From the NCBI GenBank assembly GCA_900550515.1, contig URSP01000001.1:3736-67735 (forward strand): a stretch of 64,000 nucleotides of DNA. The letters run 5' to 3'. The notes beneath the pieces were generated by a model. It was not told the origin of the DNA, ran no database searches, and saw only the letters and a list, made by a program, of their open reading frames with translations. The translations under genes were made by a program, and so were the position numbers. Every line of letters begins with the position of its first letter. Within the stretch, counting starts at the first letter, position 1. This DNA is from an uncultured Collinsella sp. GTDB taxonomy: Bacteria; Actinomycetota; Coriobacteriia; Coriobacteriales; Coriobacteriaceae. Below, piece by piece: positions 9,880 to 19,435 of the stretch.

Positions 9880-11505
9880 ATGGACGTCCGTACGGACGGC
9901 GATATTGCCGATAGCTTTTGGTGGCGGCGCACAACGCTGACGCGCCGCACTCCTCTGTATGACGCCTGCGTATCGGTGGGGCTGCTGGTCGCGGCGACGA
10001 TTGTGGGCGCGCTGCTCGACCATCCGGGTCTCGCGCCGAGCATCATGATCGTCTATGTGTTCGCCGTTCAGCTGTGCGCATTCTTTACCTGGAGTCGCCT
10101 GTATTGCTTGCTGAGCTCGGCTGCCGCCGTGGCGCTCTACAACTTCTTGTTTGTCGACCCGCGCTACTCGCTGTCGCTTATCGACCGCGGCTATCCCGGC
10201 ATGTTCTTCATCATGTTCGTGGTCTCGCTAGTGTCGAGCTCGATTGCGTTGGCCTTGCGCCGCGCCTTGGCACAGGCTGCCGCCAGCGACCGCCGCACGC
10301 ATATGGTGCTCGAGACCAACCGCATGCTGCAGCGGTGCGCCGATCAGCATCAGATCGTTCACGCCATGGCCACGCAGCTGGCGCGTCTTTCGGGCTGCCC
10401 TGTCGTGTGGTACAGCGCCGACGCCGAGGGCGATGACCTGCTGCCGCGCGCGACTTACACGGCCGTGGGCGATGCCGCACCGGTGCACGAACTGGCGCCG
10501 CAGATGCCGCCGCGGCTCTCGGCATCCGCCTATGTGGGAACGCCGCTCGACGCCACGTTTGGCGGCTCGGCGTTTTATGGCATCTACCTGACGGTTCGCA
10601 CAGGCGACGGCTTCGCGCGCTCGGGCGACCCCGCCTCGGTGGTGGGCGTGCTGGCTATCGTTGCCGAGACCGACGTGCTGACGCATGAGGAACGGACACT
10701 TGCCGATGCCATCGTGAGCGAAGGCGAGCTGGCACTCGATCGCGCCCGCGCCATGGAGGCCCGCGAGGAGGCGGCGGTGCTCGCCAAAAACGAACAGCTG
10801 CGCGCCAACCTGCTGCGCTCCATCTCGCACGATCTGCGTACGCCGCTCACCAGTATTTCGGGCAACGCCGATGTCCTGCTCGATCAGGGCTCGACCGGCA
10901 CCGCGGTGCTCGATGCCCAGACGCGCCGCGGCCTGCTCCTTTCCATTCGCTCGGATGCGCAATGGCTCAACGCCACCGTCGAGAACCTGCTCGCCATCAC
11001 CAAGCTCGAGGGTGGCGGTATGCGCCTGTCGACCACACTCGAGCTCATGGACGATATCGTCGAGGAGGCGCTGCGCCACGTGAACCCTGCCGTGCGCGAG
11101 CACGACCTTAAGGTGGTGGCGTGCGATGAGCCGGCGCTCGTCAACGTCGATGCGCGCCTGATGGTGCAGCTGGTGGTCAATCTGGTGAACAACGCCATCA
11201 CCTATACGCCCGCAGGCTCGCATATCATGATTTCGATTAGCGTCGACGATGGACGCGTGGCGTGCTCGGTGGCCGATGATGGTCCGGGCATCGCACCCGA
11301 GGATCGCGAACGCATCTTTGAGTCGTTCTATACCGCCAACCATGGCCTGGCCGACAGCCACCGCAGCGTTGGCCTGGGGCTTTCGCTCTGCCGCTCCATT
11401 GTGCTGGCGCATGGCGGTAGCATAGAGGTTGCCGCGGCGGACCCGCACGGCTCGGTCTTTACGATTGAGCTTCCCGTTGCCGATGTTTCGTTTGATAAGG
11501 AGTAG
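9880..11505 (+). CDS. kdpD: KdpD-like sensor histidine kinase lacking the N-terminal KdpD/Usp domains
   Basis: 4 TM helices with YNFLFVDPRYS; EQLRANLLRSISHDLRTPLT H-box; GLGLSLC G2 box. Confidence 0.8.
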   Translation: MDVRTDGDIADSFWWRRTTLTRRTPLYDACVSVGLLVAATIVGALLDHPGLAPSIMIVYVFAVQLCAFFTWSRLYCLLSSAAAVALYNFLFVDPRYSLSLIDRGYPGMFFIMFVVSLVSSSIALALRRALAQAAASDRRTHMVLETNRMLQRCADQHQIVHAMATQLARLSGCPVVWYSADAEGDDLLPRATYTAVGDAAPVHELAPQMPPRLSASAYVGTPLDATFGGSAFYGIYLTVRTGDGFARSGDPASVVGVLAIVAETDVLTHEERTLADAIVSEGELALDRARAMEAREEAAVLAKNEQLRANLLRSISHDLRTPLTSISGNADVLLDQGSTGTAVLDAQTRRGLLLSIRSDAQWLNATVENLLAITKLEGGGMRLSTTLELMDDIVEEALRHVNPAVREHDLKVVACDEPALVNVDARLMVQLVVNLVNNAITYTPAGSHIMISISVDDGRVACSVADDGPGIAPEDRERIFESFYTANHGLADSHRSVGLGLSLCRSIVLAHGGSIEVAAADPHGSVFTIELPVADVSFDKE

Positions 11506-11509
11506 CGCT

Positions 11510-12223
11510 GTGCCGAACTCTGCCGTAAAACCGCTCATCTTGGTCGTTGAGGACGACCCCGCTGTCCGCAACCTTATCGTTGCCGCGCTCGAGGCGCACG
11601 GCTTGCGTCATATGGCTGTGGAGACTGCCCATGCCGCCATCGCCGCCGCCTCATCGCAGGCGCCGAGCATTGTGCTGCTCGATCTGGGCCTGCCCGATAT
11701 GGACGGCGTCAAGGTGGTGGAGTCGGTGCGCGCATGGTCGGGCATGCCGATCATCGTGGTCTCGGCGCGCAGCGAGGATGCGGACAAAATCCGCGCGCTC
11801 GATGCCGGTGCCGACGACTATCTGACCAAGCCGTTTTCGGTCGAGGAACTGCTCGCGCGCATTCGCACGACGCTCAGGCGCCTTTCGTATGCGCAAACGG
11901 GCGGCGTTGTCTCCGAGGGCTCGTTCGATACCGGTGAACTGCATATCGATTTTGATGCCGGCATTGCCACGATGGATGGCGAGGAGTTGCACCTGACGCC
12001 GATTGAGTACAAGCTCCTGTGCCTGCTGGCGCATAACGCCGACAAGGTACTGACGCACCAGTTTATTTTGCACGAGATTTGGGGCACGGCGACCAAGAGC
12101 GACCTGGCGAGCCTGCGCGTTTTTATGGGCACGTTGCGCAAGAAGATCGAGTCCGACCCCGCGCATCCGCGCTATATCCAGACACACGTGGGTATCGGCT
12201 ACCGATTGGTCATCCAGGGATAG
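11510..12223 (+). CDS. kdpE: KdpE-like response regulator
   Basis: LLDLGLPDMDG, ALDAGADDYLTKPF, LRKKIE.DPAHPRYIQT motifs. Confidence 0.85.
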   Translation: MPNSAVKPLILVVEDDPAVRNLIVAALEAHGLRHMAVETAHAAIAAASSQAPSIVLLDLGLPDMDGVKVVESVRAWSGMPIIVVSARSEDADKIRALDAGADDYLTKPFSVEELLARIRTTLRRLSYAQTGGVVSEGSFDTGELHIDFDAGIATMDGEELHLTPIEYKLLCLLAHNADKVLTHQFILHEIWGTATKSDLASLRVFMGTLRKKIESDPAHPRYIQTHVGIGYRLVIQG

Positions 12224-12247
12224 GTCGGCATCCGCCATCCCAATATG

Positions 12248-12314
12248 AGTTGCGGTGAAATACGGTCTAAATTTGCCTAATTCCAGGCAAAACAGTCCGT
12301 ATTCCACCGCAACT
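12248..12314. terminator. Long hairpin between convergent genes
   Basis: AGTTGCGGTGAAATACGG ... CCGTATTCCACCGCAACT with an inner TTTGCCT/AGGCAAA stem. Confidence 0.6.
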
Positions 12315-12317
12315 TTG

Positions 12318-14849
12318 TTATTTGCCCTTGGGCTTGCTGGCGTAGAACTTCTTCTTTTTGGACTTGCCGTTGCCGGCCTGCGCGTGCGCGGGCGCCGTTG
12401 CGCGAGGCTTACGGGCCTCGGGGTTACGCAGCTCCTCGACGCGCTCGGCAATCTCCTCGGCGCTAAAGCCGACCTCGGCCATGGCGTCCTCAATGGGCAG
12501 GCGGCGCACGATATAGCAGTGGTGCACCTTCTGGTTGCGCGCGAAATCATCGGGGATGGTCTGCGCCGTAATGTCCTCCAGCACGACGCCCGCGCGCGCG
12601 AGCTTGCGCGTCTCGGGGCGGAAGCCGCGCAGGTTGCAGCTAAAGATGGCGTGGCCGCCCTGTGCGAGCAGGCGCGATACGCCGGCCAAAAGCTCAACAT
12701 GGTCGCGCTGGACATCCCAGGTGCGGCGGCCCATCTTGGATGAGTTCGAAAACGTGGGCGGATCGACAAAAATCAGGTCCCAGCGGTTGCGCGTCTGGCG
12801 CTGGTCGCGAATCCAGGCGAGCACGTCGTCGCGCACAAAATGATGCTGCGGACCAACAAAGCCGTTCTGGCGCATATTGCGCTCGGCCCAGTCCAGGTAG
12901 GTGTTGGAAAGGTCGACTGTCACGGTTTCCTCGACGCCGCCGTCGGCCGCATAGCAGGTGGCGGTGCCGGTGTAGGCGAACAGGTTGAGGAAGCGGCGCG
13001 CCTGCTTGGCGTGCTCGCGCACCAGGTTGCGGGTGACGCGGTGATCCAGGAAGATGCCCACATCCAGGTAGTCGTCAAAGTTGACGGCAAAGGTGAGCCC
13101 GCCCTCTTCGATGAGTGGCAGGCGACGGCGTGCGATGTTGGCGCGCTCGCCCGATGCGCCCTTGCCGGCGCCCTGCTTGCCGTACTGCGAGCCGCCACGT
13201 GAGCGCATGCGGGCCTTGGCGTGCACATGCTCGGCGGGAACATCCAGGATGCGCGGCGCGATGGCCAAGATGTCGAGCATGCGGGCCTGGGCCAGCGCGG
13301 GATCGATGGTCTTGGGCGCGGCGTATTCGGCGATGACGAGCCAGCGGCCCGGCGTCTGCGGGCAACCCTCGTACAGGTCGATGGCAGCGGAGTAGTCGGG
13401 CAGGTCGGCATCGTAGACGCGATAGCAGCTCACGCCCTCGCGCTTGGCCCACTTGCGGCGCAGACGGGCATTCTTGCGCAGGCGGTTGGCGAACTGCTCG
13501 GACTCCGGGATGAGCACGGGCAGCGGCTTGCCGTCGCCCAAGTCGAGCGTGGCGGCAGGTTCGGGCATGGAGGAAGCGGCGGCTTCGTCGTTGGCTTCGT
13601 TGGCATCCGCAACCTCGGCCTCGGCATCCGCGCTGGTCGCAGCTTCAAACGCTGCAGCGGCGTGGTCGAGTGAGGGCCAAACCTCAAGAGCCGCCTCCTC
13701 GTTATTGGGCATGACGGCGATCGAGCGCTCGGGCTCGGCGTGGAGCGCGCGGGCCAGCAAGCCGTCGCGGGTGAGAGCGGCGACCGGCGCCGAAGCGAGC
13801 TCGGGGGCGCGGCGCAGCTCGCCGACCAGCGTCATGGCGTCGTGCATGAGCGAAAGCGGGGTCTCGGTGGTGTCCGCGACCAGGGCGGCACCGGCGACGG
13901 CGCCCGCATGGTCCAGCACGGTGGTGGGCTTGGCGGCACAAAAGTCGACAAAACGCTTGTAGCCGGCGCACTTGACCATGCGCTCGGCAGTCTTGCGGGC
14001 GGCGGGGTCGATGTCTACGGCCACGATGCGCGCCTGGCGCTCGCGCGCTGCCGCCTCGCGCTCGCGCGCCTCGGCAAGCAGCTGCTCCCACAGGGCGGCA
14101 TCGTGCAGCTGCCAGCCCTCAAAGCCCCAGCGCTCGCGTGCGGCGCCCGGGGCGCGGTCGGTCAGAATGTTCACGGCTTCCAGCAACAGGCCGCCGCCGG
14201 CGCACGAGGCATCGATTAGCGTGGGAAGGGCTTCATTCTCGTAATCGTCGGCCGTCAACTCGCGCTCACACAGTGCGGTCCAGCCGACCTGCGCCAGCAC
14301 CAGGGCGGCGTAGTCGGGGCGCAACACGTGCGCGCCCTCGCCGGCACGGGTCGCCGCGGGCGGCAGGCGCTTGAACAGCGGGTCGCCCGAAAGGTCCAAG
14401 CTGATGCTCGCGCGGCGCTGGCGCAGCGAAAGCAACAGGTGAACGTCGGGATCGGCGGCGTCGACATCGGCGCGACGGCCCGTGGTCTCGGCCAGACGGT
14501 CGCACAGCGCGTCTTTGGCGCGCAGGGCCGAGAAGCGCGTGTTGCGCAGCTGCTCGGTCACGCCGCGGGCGGTGATGGCGATGGTGGCGCCGGGGCGGAT
14601 GATGGTCTCCCAGGTGATGTCGTAAACGCTGTCGTACAGCTCATCGGCATCCTGCGCCTCAAAGCGCCCGAGTACCACGAACACACGGCTCGCCAGGCGC
14701 GACCACAGACAGGCGCGGTAGCCTTCTTCGAGCTCGCCCTCAAATGTAGCGCGGCCCTTCAGCCGGCGAACATGCGAAAGCCCGAGGCGTTTAAGCTCAT
14801 CGGCGAGTGCGGACTCAAAGCCCTCGGGGCAGCTTGCGTAAAATTCCAT
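12318..14849 (-). CDS. rlmKL: Bifunctional 23S rRNA methyltransferase RlmKL family
   Basis: THUMP domain (ACLWSRLASRV); C-terminal RVYDADLP, GIFLDHR, FLNLFAYTG and DPPTFSNS. Confidence 0.9.
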   Translation of the reverse strand: MEFYASCPEGFESALADELKRLGLSHVRRLKGRATFEGELEEGYRACLWSRLASRVFVVLGRFEAQDADELYDSVYDITWETIIRPGATIAITARGVTEQLRNTRFSALRAKDALCDRLAETTGRRADVDAADPDVHLLLSLRQRRASISLDLSGDPLFKRLPPAATRAGEGAHVLRPDYAALVLAQVGWTALCERELTADDYENEALPTLIDASCAGGGLLLEAVNILTDRAPGAARERWGFEGWQLHDAALWEQLLAEAREREAAARERQARIVAVDIDPAARKTAERMVKCAGYKRFVDFCAAKPTTVLDHAGAVAGAALVADTTETPLSLMHDAMTLVGELRRAPELASAPVAALTRDGLLARALHAEPERSIAVMPNNEEAALEVWPSLDHAAAAFEAATSADAEAEVADANEANDEAAASSMPEPAATLDLGDGKPLPVLIPESEQFANRLRKNARLRRKWAKREGVSCYRVYDADLPDYSAAIDLYEGCPQTPGRWLVIAEYAAPKTIDPALAQARMLDILAIAPRILDVPAEHVHAKARMRSRGGSQYGKQGAGKGASGERANIARRRLPLIEEGGLTFAVNFDDYLDVGIFLDHRVTRNLVREHAKQARRFLNLFAYTGTATCYAADGGVEETVTVDLSNTYLDWAERNMRQNGFVGPQHHFVRDDVLAWIRDQRQTRNRWDLIFVDPPTFSNSSKMGRRTWDVQRDHVELLAGVSRLLAQGGHAIFSCNLRGFRPETRKLARAGVVLEDITAQTIPDDFARNQKVHHCYIVRRLPIEDAMAEVGFSAEEIAERVEELRNPEARKPRATAPAHAQAGNGKSKKKKFYASKPKGK

Positions 14850-14924
14850 GGGTGACCTCTCTGGTTGCGTCGCTCCATTATATGATGGATGCTTCGTTTG
14901 CCCTTATCCTCGAAAGGAACCCAT

Positions 14925-15752
14925 ATGATTGATGCGTGCCCCGATTCCGCCGTGCTCTTTTTTGACGTGGACGGCACGCTGACGTCGTTCGATCCCGACG
15001 ATATGACCGATAAGGACTTCAATGCAGTCCATCCGTCGAAGGCTGTTGTCGATGCATTTGGTCGCCTGCGCGACGCGGGACACAAGGCGTTTATCTGCAC
15101 GGGTCGCCCCCTGTGGCTCATCGCCGATAGCTTGCGTGCGCTCGACCCCGCGGGCGTCGTTGCCATGGCGGGCGCCACGCTCGAGGTCGAGGGCCGCGTG
15201 GTGTATGAGGACTGCTTTGACGACGACATTGTTGAGGAGCTTGCACGCCGTATGGCCGCGGCAGGGATTGAAGCCTTTTTCGAGACCAACGTGGCTACTT
15301 TTGCCCTGGAACCCGCGGGTGTTGAGCAGTCATCTCTGATCGGCACTTCTGTGGTGCACAGCGCCGAGGAAATGCGCGTCGACGGCAGTCTGCGCGTGGG
15401 CAAGGTATGCCTCAATGTGCCCAGTTTGGCTCGCGTAGCCAACGATGACGGCTTTATCGAGCGCTATTTTGAGGCCTGCAACACCGGTGGCCAGAATCGC
15501 GAGCTGAGCCCCAAGGGCATCAACAAGGGCGTGGGCGTGGCGCGAGCGCTGGAATACCTGGGTCGCACCGGCAACGCGCGCACCTTTGGCTTCGGCGATT
15601 CGGGTAACGACCTGGGCATGCTCGCTGCCGTCGAGACGGCTGTCGCCATGGGCAACGCCATGCCTGAGGTCAAGGCGCTCGCCGACTACGTGACCGACGA
15701 TGTCGCACACGACGGTACCGTCACCGCCATGCAGCATTTCGGCCTCATCTAA
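14925..15752 (+). CDS. Cof-type HAD hydrolase
   Basis: FFDVDGTL, CTGR, NKG, FGDSGND and AMGNA motifs. Confidence 0.9.
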   Translation: MIDACPDSAVLFFDVDGTLTSFDPDDMTDKDFNAVHPSKAVVDAFGRLRDAGHKAFICTGRPLWLIADSLRALDPAGVVAMAGATLEVEGRVVYEDCFDDDIVEELARRMAAAGIEAFFETNVATFALEPAGVEQSSLIGTSVVHSAEEMRVDGSLRVGKVCLNVPSLARVANDDGFIERYFEACNTGGQNRELSPKGINKGVGVARALEYLGRTGNARTFGFGDSGNDLGMLAAVETAVAMGNAMPEVKALADYVTDDVAHDGTVTAMQHFGLI

Positions 15753-15945
15753 TGAATCCCGCGTTCTGACGTTTGCTCAAACTGCGACTCTTTGCTTTTG
15801 CATGCTCAATCGGTTTATCAATCCAAACACTGAGGTGTTTATACCGTTCGCCGAGAAGATAAAAAACCGCAGCTCACGCCTTGATAAACGTAGGTAAAGT
15901 GTTTAGCAGTTTAACGCCCATGTGCAAGCGAAAGGAATCAGGCAG

Positions 15946-16650
15946 ATGGCAATCAAGGTGTTCGCTGACGGTGCAAACCTCGAGGGCATGCTCGACATGT
16001 ACGAGAACGGCAACGTTCAGGGTTTCACGACCAACCCGTCCCTTATGAAGAAGGGCGGCGTGACGGATTACCGCGCGTTTGCCAAGGAGGTCCTGGCCCA
16101 CATCACCGATGTGTCCGTCTCGTTTGAGGTCTTTGCCGACGACGTCGAGACCATGGAGGTCGAGGCGCGCGAGATCGCTACCTGGGCCGAGAACGTCTAC
16201 GTCAAGATTCCGTGCGTGACCACCAAGGGCGAGTCCACCGCCGAGCTGGTGCGCAAGCTTTCGGCCGACGGCATCAAGGTCAACGTCACCACCATCTTTA
16301 CGCCTAAGCAGGTTGACGAGATGGTCGAGGCCGTTGACACCGAGACGCCGTCCATCATCTCGCTCTTTGCCGGCCGCATCGCCGACACCGGCGTCGACCC
16401 CATTCCGTTTATGACGGAGTCGGTCAAGAAGGCCGCCATCAAGCCCAACTGTGAGGTCCTGTGGGCGTCCACGCGCGAGCTCATCAACATTTACCAGGCA
16501 GAAGCCTGCGGTTGCCAGATCATTACGGTGCCCAACAGCATCCTGGCCAAGCGCAAGAACATCGGTCGCGACCCGTACGAGGTCTCGCTCGACACCGTCC
16601 GCGGCTTTGCCAAGGATATCGCGGCGCTCGGTTTCCATATCCTGCCGTAA
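15946..16650 (+). CDS. tal: Transaldolase / fructose-6-phosphate aldolase family
   Basis: GFTTNPS, VYVKIP, VNVT and FAGRIAD motifs. Confidence 0.85.
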   Translation: MAIKVFADGANLEGMLDMYENGNVQGFTTNPSLMKKGGVTDYRAFAKEVLAHITDVSVSFEVFADDVETMEVEAREIATWAENVYVKIPCVTTKGESTAELVRKLSADGIKVNVTTIFTPKQVDEMVEAVDTETPSIISLFAGRIADTGVDPIPFMTESVKKAAIKPNCEVLWASTRELINIYQAEACGCQIITVPNSILAKRKNIGRDPYEVSLDTVRGFAKDIAALGFHILP

Positions 16651-16869
16651 GCAAAGGTACCCCCGCCTGCGCCGTGCAAAATTGAGAGTATTCAGCAAGG
16701 TAAAGGTCTTTATCAGTTGACCGAAGCATGGAACGGCCCCCGTTTTGGCTCTGACGACGCTAAAACGGGGGCTGTTTTTTTGCTTTTTCGTCTCTGAGGG
16801 GCATCCGGAACGGTGGAATTTGCAGAATACTCGCGATTTTGCACATCGCTACAGGGGGTACCTTTGCTT
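16649..16869. repeat. ~50-bp imperfect terminal inverted repeats enclosing a terminator-like hairpin (MITE/REPIN-like)
   Basis: AAGCAAAGGTACCCCC...GTGCAAAATTGAGAGTATTCAGCAA matches the reverse complement of 16820-16869. Central CCCCGTTTT/AAAACGGGG hairpin followed by a T-run. Confidence 0.75.
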
Positions 16870-16876
16870 TGGCGGT

Positions 16877-19024
16877 TTACTTGCCCTGTACCATGGTGAG
16901 GGAGATCTTTTTGCGGTCGCGATCGACCTTCTCGACCCACACCTTGACCGTGTCACCGACGCGCACCACGTCGCTCGGGTGCTTGACAAAGCGGTTGGCC
17001 AGCTTGGAGATATGCACGAGGCCGTCCTGGTGCACGCCCACGTCGACGAACGCGCCAAAGTCGACGACGTTGCGCACCGTGCCCTTGAGTTCCATGCCGG
17101 GTTCCAGGTCGTCGATGGAAAGCGCTGAGCGGCTAAAGACCACCTCGGGCGCGTCGTCGCGCGGGTCGCGGCCGGGCTTCTTGAGCTCGTTAACGATGTC
17201 GATGAGCGTGAGGGTACCGCAGTCTAGGTCGCTGGCCAGTGCCGAGATGCTGCCCAGACGGCGCTCGATGTCGGGCACGCCGCCGCGGCTGAGCTCGCTG
17301 GCCCCAACGCCGGCGCGCTTCAGGACGGATGTGGCCACCTCGTAGCTCTCGGGGTGGACGCTTGTCGCGTCGAGTGGGTTCTTGCCGCCGCTGATGCGCA
17401 AAAAGCCCGCGGCGTTGAGATATGCCTTGGGTCCCAGCTTGGGGACCTTCTTAAGCTGGCGGCGATCGGTAAAGGCACCGTTTTCCTCGCGGTAGGCCAC
17501 GATGTTTTTGGCCACGCTCGGCGTGATGCCCGATACGTATCCCAGCAGGCTTGCGCTCGCGGTATTCACGTCGACGCCCACGCGGTTGACGACGTCCTCC
17601 ACCACATGGCCCAGGGTGCGCGAAAGCTCGGCCTGGTCAAGGTCGTGCTGGTACTGGCCAACGCCGATGGACTGGGGCGGGATCTTGACGAGCTCTGCCA
17701 GCGGGTCCTGTAGACGGCGGCCCAGGCTCATGGCGCCACGCACGGTGACGTCCAGATCGGGATACTCCTGGCTGGCGAGCTCGGAGGCGGAGTACACCGA
17801 TGCGCCGGCCTCGTTGACGATGGTGTATCGCAGCTCAGGCGCCTGCTCGGCAATGAACTCCGAGACGACTTCCTCGGTCTCGCGGCTGGCGGTGCCGTTG
17901 CCGATGACGATGGTGTTGACACCGTCCTTCTTGACGAGGCGGGCGAGCTCGCGCTTGGTGCCAGCGACGTCGTGGCGCGGCTTGGTGGGGTAGACCACGC
18001 CGTGGTCGAGCAGCTTACCGGTCTCGTCCATGACGGCGACCTTGCAGCCGGTGCGGTATCCCGGATCAAGCGCGAGCACGCGGGCGCCGCGCACGGGGCG
18101 TGCCGAGAGCAGGCCCTCGAGGTTCTTGGCAAAGACGTTGATGGCCTCGGTCTGCGCGCGGACGGTGAGCTTGGCGCGGGCCTCGCGCTCCAGCGAGGGG
18201 GCCATGAGGCGCTTGTAACCGTCGGCGATGGCGGCATCGAAGACGGGCGCGAAGACGCCCTGGCGTCGGGGCCAACGGCTGCCGAGGCGTGCCGTGGCGG
18301 CGGCGCCGTCGACGTTCACGCGCACGCGGAGTTTGCCCTCGCGCTCACCGCGGTCGATAGCCAGCACGCGGTGGTTGGGTATACGGCGCAGCGGCTCGTC
18401 ATAGCTGTAGTACGGCTCGTAGGGGGTCTTCTCGGCGGGGTCGGTGGCCTCGACGATGATGTCGGCGGTGTTTTGCGTAAAGGCGCGCAGGTCGGCGACG
18501 TTCTCGGGGTCTTCGGCCACCGTCTCGGCCACGATGTCCGCCGCGCCGGCGAGCGCCTTCTCGGGCGTGTCGAAGCCGGCTTCCTCGTTGACGTAGGCCG
18601 CGGCGGTGTCGAGCGCGCTGCCCTTGGCGGATGCCTGCATGATGATCATGTTGGCAAGCGGCTCCAGGCCTGCCTCGCGGGCCTTCTGTGCGCGGGTCAT
18701 GCGCTTTTTGCGGTAGGGCTTGTAGAGGTCCTCGACACGCTGGAGCTGCGTGGCCTCGCGAATTTGCTGTTCGAGCTCGGGCGTAAGTTTGCCCTGGGCG
18801 TCGATGAGCAGAATGACGTCCTCTTTGCGCTGTTCAAGATTGCGCAGGTAAGACAGGCGCTCGTCGAGTGTGCGCAGGGCGACGTCGTCCATTCCGCCCG
18901 TGGCTTCCTTGCGGTAGCGCGAGATAAAGGGGATGGTGTTGCCCTCGTCGATGAGCTTGACGGCTGCCTCGATGTTGGCGGCCTTAAGGTTGAGCTCGTG
19001 GGCGAGCTGGGCGATAAGATCCAT
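16877..19024 (-). CDS. tex: Tex family transcription accessory protein (S1 domain)
   Basis: GNTIPFISRYRKE, DPGYRTGCK, EAGASVYSAS and C-terminal S1 (GAFVDVGVHQDGLVHIS). Confidence 0.95.
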   Translation of the reverse strand: MDLIAQLAHELNLKAANIEAAVKLIDEGNTIPFISRYRKEATGGMDDVALRTLDERLSYLRNLEQRKEDVILLIDAQGKLTPELEQQIREATQLQRVEDLYKPYRKKRMTRAQKAREAGLEPLANMIIMQASAKGSALDTAAAYVNEEAGFDTPEKALAGAADIVAETVAEDPENVADLRAFTQNTADIIVEATDPAEKTPYEPYYSYDEPLRRIPNHRVLAIDRGEREGKLRVRVNVDGAAATARLGSRWPRRQGVFAPVFDAAIADGYKRLMAPSLEREARAKLTVRAQTEAINVFAKNLEGLLSARPVRGARVLALDPGYRTGCKVAVMDETGKLLDHGVVYPTKPRHDVAGTKRELARLVKKDGVNTIVIGNGTASRETEEVVSEFIAEQAPELRYTIVNEAGASVYSASELASQEYPDLDVTVRGAMSLGRRLQDPLAELVKIPPQSIGVGQYQHDLDQAELSRTLGHVVEDVVNRVGVDVNTASASLLGYVSGITPSVAKNIVAYREENGAFTDRRQLKKVPKLGPKAYLNAAGFLRISGGKNPLDATSVHPESYEVATSVLKRAGVGASELSRGGVPDIERRLGSISALASDLDCGTLTLIDIVNELKKPGRDPRDDAPEVVFSRSALSIDDLEPGMELKGTVRNVVDFGAFVDVGVHQDGLVHISKLANRFVKHPSDVVRVGDTVKVWVEKVDRDRKKISLTMVQGK

Positions 19025-19104
19025 GGGACTCCTTGCGTTTAAGGTGCGTTTGCAGCACAGGGCTACCAAGGATACCACCCGTTTCAAAAGACTGTTTTGG
19101 GCCC

Positions 19105-19268
19105 TCGCCACGAAAACGACCTATCTACTACGTTTGAACCGTATGGGTCGACCATCCCCCGGTTTTCAGAAAATACGCAAGCCGTCTACCTGCGCTTTTG
19201 ATTTTAGGAAATATGGCATGGTTGAGGGTGATTGGCTAAACGTAGTAGATAGGCCCATTTCGTGGCGA
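19105..19268. repeat. Long inverted repeat element
   Basis: Perfect 16-bp CCTATCTACTACGTTT/AAACGTAGTAGATAGG plus outer TCGCCACGAAA/TTTCGTGGCGA. Confidence 0.75.
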
Positions 19269-19435
19269 ACGAATCAGGCTGAGGTGCAAAATGGCCCCCG
19301 TCTCAGAAAAATCGTCGGCAAGGTAGCAAAATGCCCCGCGGGCAGGAGGCTGCTCGCGGGGCAAAGAAGAGGGGCTTATTGGTGGCGGACCGAGGGGTTC
19401 GGCATGGGGCTTCTGCCGCGGTCGCTCTTAAGGCA

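Noticed and set aside
7461..10046. 861-aa reverse-strand ORF (similarly 355-2322, 3929-5503, 47047-48798, 52517-53995, 54750-56786)
   Set aside because: Antisense shadows of well-supported genes, expected from high-GC codon bias; no recognisable motifs.
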